Shown one piece after another: positions 55,530-64,000 of a DNA stretch of 64,000 nt. The notes beneath the pieces were generated by a model, which ran no database searches, had not been told where the DNA came from, and saw only the letters and a list, made by a program, of their open reading frames with translations. Positions within the stretch are counted from its first letter, which is position 1; the number at the start of each line of letters is the position of its first letter. This DNA comes from the human T2T-CHM13v2.0 reference genome, Homo sapiens, in assembly GCF_009914755.1 (NCBI RefSeq), contig NC_060931.1; one strand, given 5' to 3'. The position numbers and the translations under genes were made by a program.

Positions 55530-56790
55530 AAAGAAGAGTCCAGAGTCTACACTGATACTAAAATGTAGAAAGGGAGAGAAAGGGAAAGCTCTTATTTACA
55601 GTCAAATATCATCCAATACATAGAAAAGAAGTGATAGGGTTAGAAAATACCATTGATTCAGCCAAGTGCCATTAAGTGATGCTAGAACCACTGCAAGTTT
55701 GTTGGGAAAAAGGTTATTTACAGAGTCTCAAAGTGTCTCCCCAAAGGTGATTTAATCACAGTTAAGGTACCCATTGATTGTGACAAAGGTACCCTGACAG
55801 TGGACAAATTGTGAGAAACAACTTTAACCAGTGATCAAAGTCAACGTCACCCATAATAGGATAAATCTCCTTCCTCATTGCTGTGCCGAGAAGGACTCAG
55901 TGTCACTTATGTAGTATCCCTGTCAAATGGATGACCTGAGGACTCTAGAGGCAACGATCAGAAAAACCAAATTGAGGAACATTCTGCACAACAAAACACA
56001 TGGCCTGTTTGCTTCAAAATGTCAGTGTCATGAAAGGCAAGAAAGGCTGAAAAACTGTTTCAGTTAAAAGAGACTATCTTTTTGTACTCATTAACCAACT
56101 TCTCTTCAACCCCCCTCCCTATTTCAAATACAGTTAGAAGGAATAAGTTCTAGTATTCGATAGTACAATAGGGAAATTATAATTAACAATAACATATTGT
56201 ATATTTCAAAATAACTAGAGGAGAACCATAGAGTTCCCAAAACAAAGATAATTGTTTGAGGTGATGGACATCCCCGTTACCCTGATTTGATCATTGTACA
56301 TTGTATACCTGTATCAAAATATCACATGTACCCCAAAAATATGTACAACTATGTCAATAAAATACAAAAAAAATAAAATACGGGAACCTAAAGAACCATG
56401 ACAACTAAAGGTGATGTGTGCTTCCAGAGTGGAGCCAGGATCAGAAAAAATATGGCTGTTAAAGACATTATTGGGACATTTGGTGAAATTTGAACACAGA
56501 CTGTATATTAGATAATAGTGTAATATCAAGATTAAGTTTCCTGACTATGGCAACTTTACTGTAAGGAAATGACCTTATTCTTAAGAGATACAAGCTAAAG
56601 CTGAAAGGTCATGATGTCTACAATTTAGGATTAAAAGATTTGGGGGGAAAAATGGATAGATAGATGATAAACCTAAAGCGAATGTAGCAAAAGGCTAAAA
56701 GGTGACTTACATGGAAGATAATGTAGCTCATTTTATTAGTCTTGCAATTGTTCTATAAGTTTAAATATTGTCAAAATATTATTTTAAAAA
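55530..56790 (+). mobile_element. L1MC-type 3' end, interrupted by L1MA
   Basis: ttaaccagtgatcaaagtcaac...aaaccaaattgaggaacattctgcac...aaagacattattgggacatttggtgaaatttgaac. Confidence 0.75.
56079..56380 (+). mobile_element. L1MA 3' end with short 5' inversion
   Basis: 56126-56380 is a sense L1MA tail; 56079-56120 is the reverse complement of the L1MA segment normally just upstream. Confidence 0.8.
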
Positions 56791-58410
56791 ACAAATGCAA
56801 AAGCATTTCTTAAATACAAGTACCTGTAAGTTGGCTTAGAGTTATACACTACAGCCAGATTGAGTGCTATCCGGGGAAATTTAACAACTAAGGAAACTCA
56901 ACCCTGATTTGAGTAGATGAACTTAAAATAATTAGCAGAACGTTGCACAAACATGTAATTATACAATTATAACACAGGTCCCCTTCACACACAGTTTTCT
57001 TATTCAAAACCGGGGCCATTTTCAAAGAATGAGAATGTTAAACCAATGAAAGTTTAAAATTTTGGATCCCTAGACCATGTTTACTCTTTGACATATTCCT
57101 ATTTCTGACTTTGCAGAGTTCATGAGTCACGCTCTCAGGCAGTTTATGATATGCCCGCCTCAAGTACTTGAGCCTCGTTGCCCGAGCCAGAGTTATTTCC
57201 CCTTCTAAATGAGGACAAGCATGTCTGTAGCTCCTGTACAAATAACAATGCTCCCATAACTGAGCTGACTTCCAGGGTTAGGAGGAAATTGGACCTAGCA
57301 AATTCACTTCTGGCTGCACTTAACAGTAATCAATAAATGGGGATCTGCAGCTAGGATACAGTTGTAGGGCTGTTTAGTCAATGACCATTAGCTACTACAG
57401 CATTTAGAAGGATGTAATTTAAAAAATGGTCTTTGTTCCAACCATGTGGGAAAGCATATTTTCACAAGTTTCTTCCCAAAATTGTCCACGTACTTCCTCC
57501 AGGCACCGCAGAACACCCAGTGTTTAATCACTGCACTGTTCTCCAGCTCCATTATTTCATCTCTGTCACAGGCCAGGAAACCTTCATTTCGATGCTACGT
57601 GTGCAGGAGACCAAGGCATGGAAATATAATTCCTAATTCTGTAACTTAATTTAAAAATATATACAGTCTCCTTTCTGCTTACTCAAAGATGGAGAGCTCC
57701 GAAGATTTCTGCCTGCGGAATAAAACTGAAACTCTTTCTCATGGCAAACAAGGCCCTACATTACATAGTCCCAGGCTTACCTTTGCTTTACCTGGTTCCA
57801 AACTTTACCTGCCTCTTGTTCACACACCTCAGTCACAAATCAAACAGTTCCTTCAACATAAGGCATGTGTTCCTCTCTCCTGGCCCTGGTTCAAACTGTT
57901 CCTTTTGCTTCCCTTTTATGTCCACCATAATCCAGGGTGATCTGTTTTATGGTTATACCATAGTGCCATTCAATATATGCATCGATCTCTGTGAGGTCTG
58001 GGAGACGGGGAGAGGGTGGGGGAGGACAAATGGGGCCTGCAGTGGTCTGACTCACCTCATGCAGCTTCAGTGCCCAACACAGGATGTAATTGTAGAGTAT
58101 GCACTGAGCACATGAATGGGAAGAGAGCATTTGTTATCAGAGAAATTTCAATAAGAAGGAAAAGGATCATTTTCCTCTAGCAAGGTCAAAATCCCTGCCC
58201 TAATGCTGTAAATAGGAACAAATATTTCTACAGAGTAAAACACAGGGTTAAATTATCATAAGGTAATGAATCAATCACACCAATCAAGGGATATACAGAT
58301 TTGCCTTATTACAGGGCACAGTTTTAAAGGGGTCTGCTTTATTTTTATTTAGGGTACCTTAATTTCACTGCAACAAACAAATGCAGTTAAAGTCATTCAT
58401 CATGGAAAGT

Positions 58411-59313
58411 TGTAAGGGGTGACATATGGTGTTTTTGAGATATTTCCCAGTGTAGAGTCCCATATCAGTAGGCCAATCTGTCTCTTTACTTCATCCACCA
58501 TTAAGACTTAGCCCCAAGCCTGGTACTGGGGAGGAGGGGGCTATAAGGGAGGAGAAGTAGAAAGGCAGAGGTGCAGCTTTTCTGGCAGGGGAGATGACAG
58601 GGAGAAGAGAAACCAGAGCAGAAGAGGCAAGGGTGAGACCTGAGTGTCCTCTTCTCTCTCTGGAGGGATATCCGCCCAAAAACCGGAAGCTCTACACCAA
58701 AGTGAACTCAGTGGCCAGTAGAGTTAGGTAAAGGGAGGCTGAGTTTTAGCTTTGCCAGGTTGTCTGTAGGCTCTTTGTGGTTTGGACAGGCCCCAGAGGC
58801 TCCCACAAGCTCCTGAAGCCAAATCTCAGAAGTTACCTGGGATTGTGACTGAGAGATAGTCCTGGAGGTTGCCATGGGGACAAAGTGGCCACGGGCTAAA
58901 GGCTGGACCATCTGATGCTGAACCACATAAGAATCAAAACCAGACCATCCTCAGGGCCTAAAGCACAGCCACAGGAGGAGTGGAAAGGGGCTGGGAGGGA
59001 AATAAAGGCGGGAAGGGGAGTCAGATCACACCTGCCAGCAGAGCCACACAAACCAGACACCATCTTGGTGAGCTGCAGGGTGCCAGAGGGGACTTCTGAA
59101 CCAATGAGCATTTTACCAAAAGAAACTAAATCATCAGAAAAAAAAAGTATCATCCAAATGGTAAGTTCATATTTGACTTTAAATGTAGAGTTTCTCCCTA
59201 GTTCCCCTTAAAGTGGGGGCTCCAGAGGAAGACTAGTTCAACTAAAAAGGAAATTAAGAAGCAACATTTTCTCACACATCTTGGGGTATTGACAAAGTTG
59301 CAGCCCTGTTACA
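58411..59313 (+). mobile_element. Ancient Gypsy-type LTR (MamGypLTR1-like), apparently complete
   Basis: tgt...aca termini; atatggtgtttttgagatatt, ccaccattaagacttagccccaagc and ggttgccatggggacaaagtggccac match my recall of this family. Confidence 0.6.
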
Positions 59314-59455
59314 CGGGTATTTCTCACATTAGGGCTGACAATCTATAAAGTACATTTTCTGGATAGTAACTCTTAATTCCCTATTAATTCATAAGAATAA
59401 ACCCTCTATCCTCCAATAAGCCAAGTCAAGAAATTTTAGTGAAGAAAGGAATCTG

Positions 59456-59760
59456 GGCCAGGTGTGGTGGCTCACGCCTGTGATCCTGGCACTCTGGGAG
59501 GTCGAGGTGGGTGGATCACTTGAGGCCAGAAGTTCAAGACCAGCCTGGCCAACATGGTGAAACCCCATCTCTACTAAAAATACAAAAATTAGCTGGGCGT
59601 GAGGCTGAGGCACGAGAATCACTTGAACCCAGGAGGCAGAGGTTACGGTGAGCTGAGATCACACCACAGCACTCCAGCCTGGGTGACAGAGCAATACTCT
59701 GTTGAAAGAAAGAAACTAAAAACAGGAAAGAAAAGAGAGAGAAAGGGAGGGAGGGAGGGA
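59456..59760 (+). mobile_element. AluS with about 30-bp deletion in the right arm
   Basis: ttagctgggcgtg joins directly to aggctgaggcacgagaatc; TSD-like aagaaaggaatctg / aagaaggaatatg. Confidence 0.92.
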
Positions 59761-61279
59761 AGAAGGAATATGATGGGAGAAAGCCCCTGGCTAGCTGACT
59801 TCTGCAAACCACTGCCTATATTTTAGGCTTCCAAAGTCTGCAATGCATTTTCAACAGCATTACTCTTGCTGCCGTCTCTCCCAACCAGGAATTTCTCTAA
59901 TGCCTGAGATGGACTGAATTTATACTTTCAGCTCCTAGAATTACACCATCCTTTTCATAGGAGGTTCGTGAGCTAAACCATAAAAAATGAATTGGGCTGC
60001 AAAACTACAACCCATTCATTCAATCAACAAATACACCTGAAGCATCTATGATATACCAGGCAATCCAGGCAGTGGGTCCCTGCCACCCAGAAAAATTTGT
60101 ATCTAATGCAAAATATGAATAAGAATAATGTGGGATGTGCTACCATGGGCCAGTGGTAGTGTCCAGACAGCACACGGATAGGAGGTTGGGCAGCCCAGTT
60201 GTGGAGGTATCCAAGAGAGCACAGAGCATCCTTGACATTGGGCTACACCCGTGATCTCACTGCCAATCTCCTCTACTCTACTGCTCCCACCCTCATAGCT
60301 TATTGGTGCTACCTTCACACATCAAATACTCTATTGAAAATCTCTTCCCTGTAAGTCTACAGGTTGTGTACAATGAAGTTATTGCTCATGCAACTGGAGA
60401 CGAGAAGTGCATTTACCTCGCACCCCATACTGACCCCCAGGGGTAGTTTGGTCCAAGCTGATCTCAAATCTTCACACTTCCTTCAAAGGAAGGAACTTCC
60501 TTTGTTTAGAGTTTAGAGAGAACTTCAGGGATTCCCTGCATATTTTGGGTCTTTATGTGGGCTGGAACAGCAGTTCCTGTTGCTAATTAGGAAACATAGA
60601 GAAGTTTATCCACACTTCACATTGGCAGGGTGAGTTAGGTGGAAGCTCCAGAAAGAGTGTCCCGCTCCTCCTCCCAACCCAACAGCACTGAAAGCTTCCT
60701 GAGGGTTATTCTAGGATGAATAACTCACACTTTGTAAAATGTGCTGCTAAAATTTATTGTGGTTGAGGCATATGCTGAGGGGTTGAGGACACCTCAGATG
60801 AGCTACATTCCTGGGGGTGGAAGCCTGGATTTCTCAACGGCCCAAGAAGAATGTGCTCTGGTTGGAAAAAGGATGCATTCTCTAGGGGGAGTCAGCCCTA
60901 GAGACAAGCCCACTGGCTAGGAGCCAGGTGTGTCCATCAGCAGACCTTCTGTATGAAGGTCAACATTTGTGAACCTTTCTTGGACAATGAAAACAATCAT
61001 ATTTTGAGGATAATTACAATTTTATCCTTATGTTGTAGTTTCTTTAATCTCAATGCTTCCACAAAATCCCCTGTAAGGCAATAAAAGTACAAGATACTAA
61101 AGAAAATTGTGACTTGCCCCATGTTCCCTCCCACTAGAGCCCATAGGGAAGATACTGCATCAAATATAAAATTAAATATAGACAGACTGGCCCAGAATAT
61201 CCAGGCCAGTAGCATTGGAGCTATGCCCCCCGTGCCAAGCTAGAAGTGATGCACCAGCAGAGAACTGCAGTGTGATGGG

Positions 61280-61740
61280 AGACTGTGGTCCTCCTAGAAG
61301 CAGATGTCAAGACAGGATTAGACATACAAGAAATGTATTGGAGTAAAATCTGTAAAAACAAATGAGTAAAAAGCTGAGCGAGGCTGAGAAAGCCATCAGA
61401 CCTGGATGCAGGTCTGACTCCCAGTAAAAGAAAGTTGGGTGGCAGTGTCTGAGACTGTACTGCAGCTCTAAAAAAAGTTCAGCAAGGCCGTTAGTGAGTC
61501 TGAACACCAAAGTCACCATCAAAGGAGTTCCATGTCTCCCAGGAACAGCTGACCTTAGGGTCCCTGCCATGCTCAGTCATCGCCAATGGGTTCCAATGGG
61601 TTCCTCTGGGATGCACAGCTTTGGCCATCACAGGGATAAATTTCCCCACACACAAGCTAGGAGGCCATGCGTCAAGTTCACTTTCTGTGATCAGAGATAT
61701 GAAAGGTATATTCTCATGGCCACCACAGAGATAAGCCCTC
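61280..61740 (-). mobile_element. LTR16A-type ERVL LTR
   Basis: gaagcagatg...atcagacctggatgcaggtctgac...ctgccatgctcagtcat. Confidence 0.7.
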
Positions 61741-62989
61741 CCTTCCCAAACTACCAGTGAGAGGACCAACAAGAATGCAAGAGGAATGGTGTCTACCTCA
61801 TATATACTTGGTCATTTTTTAACACTGGAAGATCTGTCTCTAAAAACTTACAAAGAGAGACCTAAATATTGCCTTTATGTGAAGCCAAGGTTGCAATAAA
61901 AACTTCTCTAGGCTTTAAAAATTCTCAGAATTCATTCTTTCATTTTTCCCCTTGGCAAATGATTTGGATTTGCAAAGACTAAAGGTGAAAAATAACTCCA
62001 GGAAGGCAACACTAAGTCAGGAGAGTAGGTGTCCCCAGAAGTTTCCAATGGGTGAGCAACACTCAGTAATAGAAAAATATGTGTGACCAGACTTCCTATG
62101 AGCTAATTGGGAATTTTAACCCATGACTCATCCCAGGGCGGGGCCGAAGCTCCAGGGGACGCTACCCCACACCATGCCATATCATCAGCCAGACTGCACA
62201 TTTCCTGAAAGTAATCAAGTCAGAAACTGACATTTTGGCAGCAGCCCCTAGTGGAAAAATGACTGCCAAAAGCCAAAATGAGGATGAGTTCAACGATTTA
62301 ATTCTGCATGGAAAACACAATCCATTAAATGGGATCTGACAAGGCCTTAATCTCATCCGTAGCTGAGGGTGTTGGCTCAATGCGATTCTGCTCTCTGGAA
62401 CATATTCTTAGTAAGCTATCTATAGAATCTAGAAAGCCTTTGCCAAAGCCCAAATAAGTCCATCCTAAGTGGGAAGAGAAGCTCACCAAGCCCCCACTGA
62501 CTCTGTAGGGAGTAAGCACATGATTCTTCCAAGTGCAAAATTATCAAAACCTGGCAACTCAACCTGTGTTGGGAGTCGCATGATTCAAAGCAAAGGAACT
62601 GAGATGGGCAATGCACTGAGTGGCTTCAGAATTTCCACCACTGCCCAAGGAGGTCAGGCCCACAGCCAGCATCACTCACAAAGCATCCATAGGGCTCATA
62701 TTCCCTGGCTGGGGCCCACTGCATAATCCAGTCACAAAAGAAAGAGTTGGGGGTGTAGAGGATCAGTCTTCTCCCAAACAGGGTTTTAAAAACTGAAGTG
62801 AGAAAGAATTAGAGGCTGTCACCTTCTTTGGCCCACTTAATCCTAACAGCAGCCCCCAAAGCCCATTATTTTACTGTTTGCATGTGAAAAATGAGGAAAG
62901 AGAACAAAAGCATTACTCAAATCATGTAGTTTAAAAGATTGTTTGCAAATTCATACTTGTGGGATTCCAAAGCCCATGTCTCACCACTC

Positions 62990-63139
62990 TGAAGGTGGTG
63001 GTCCTCAGACTATTGCATCAGTTGGAGCTTGTTAGAAATGCAGATTCACAGGCTGCACCCCAGACCTACTGAATCAGGATCTGCATTTAACAGGATTCCC
63101 CAAGGAATTCATTTAGACATAAGGTTTGAGAAGCAGTGC
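62990..63139 (+). mobile_element. MER5A-type DNA transposon
   Basis: ggagcttgttagaaatgcagattc...cagacctactgaatcag...gtttgagaagcagtg. Confidence 0.85.
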
Positions 63140-63384
63140 CTTCAATGGCTTCTATCCAAAAAGGGTAGGTGGATTGAAAACATAAGTCTAGACTAGAAAA
63201 AGATTTAGTGCAATAGAATAGGGCCAGTCTTATAGGATATATAAAATATGTATCAAAATATAACTCAAACTATATATCCAAAGTGCACACTCAAATTAGT
63301 ATAACCAATCACACCATATCTTTTTTCACCAACAACAAATCTAGAGACATGAAGTCCAAGGTTATGTGGTGCTAGTAGAACATG

Positions 63385-63605
63385 CTGAAGGAGCATGGCT
63401 GTAGAGCTAGGTAGACTTGGTTGAAATCTCCAGCTCTGCCACCTGCTGGGTGACTTTGGGCAAGCTGCTTGATCTCTCTGAGCCTCAGTTTCCTGACCTG
63501 TACAACTGGGATAACAATACTCAACTTGCCAGCCTTTTGAGGGGATTAAATGAGCAAATGAATGCACAGTCCTCGGCACATAGCAGATGCTCAATAAATA
63601 TTGGC
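63385..63605 (+). mobile_element. MIR SINE
   Basis: gtgactttgggcaagctgcttgatctctctgagcctcagtttcc...tgctcaataaata. Confidence 0.85.
63437..63449 (-). promoter_or_regulatory. CTCF core motif match inside MIR
   Basis: tgccacctgctgg reads CCAGCAGGTGGCA on the minus strand; motif only, no binding data. Confidence 0.35.
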
Positions 63606-64000
63606 TTCTCTTACTTGTGGTACCATCTGAGCCAGGTCCCTCCCACCTCTGGGAATGTGTACACCAGAGGCTGGGGAGACAAACCTCTCTCAGCAGCCAG
63701 CTCTTTCATGTTCTCTTGGGTCCTCTAGTGGCAGGTATTGAGATTCCTGTCACTAATCAGACTGGATGGACTTGTCTGTCTTCCTTAGCCCCAGGTTCAA
63801 TTTATTCTCTATTCTCTTTTAAGAAAAACCTGAGCAGAGCAACAGGTTTAAAGGGATAAAATGTGAGAAACAAGGAAAGAGGCACCCAAGGTGAGTTCCC
63901 AGGAGTGTCTATTTTCCAGGTACCAAAGCCTTTTTCTTTATTTGTGGTTCCCACTTTCTTCTTTTCAAAAATCTCAGGTTTTGAAAACAGACCTTTCATG

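Noticed and set aside
57390-57600. Minus-strand open frame (HRNEGFLACDRDEIMELENSAV...)
   Set aside because: No recognised protein match and no clear splice donor

Overview
This is primate (simian-type) nuclear DNA: AT-rich, CpG-depleted, mostly interspersed repeats, and consistent with an intergenic or deep-intronic region. I found no credible protein-coding exon, RNA gene, CpG island or prokaryotic system. The ORF track is explained by L1/Alu/LTR remnants, simple repeats and chance. Repeat content: one near full-length, dead L1PA (18432-24792, 11-bp TSD), several truncated L1PA/L1M/HAL1 pieces, AluJ/AluS/FAM copies, MaLR/ERVL/Gypsy-type LTRs, hAT transposon fossils, L2/MIR and microsatellites. 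Subfamily names come from my recall of consensus sequences and are approximate, as are many boundaries. The most notable signals are repair or recombination scars read directly from the sequence: (1) a ~340-bp inverted copy of nearby unique DNA inserted into a (TA)n microsatellite, with a second template switch at the junction; (2) two neighbouring L1s with different 3' UTR types that share an ORF2 nonsense codon and other variants, suggesting gene conversion; (3) an inverted pair of MST LTRs flanked by a single 5-bp direct repeat; (4) several smaller templated insertions. An apparently complete ancient Gypsy-type LTR with GC-box/ETS/RFX motifs is a candidate exapted regulatory element. The sequence does not support a new gene-encoded biological system.
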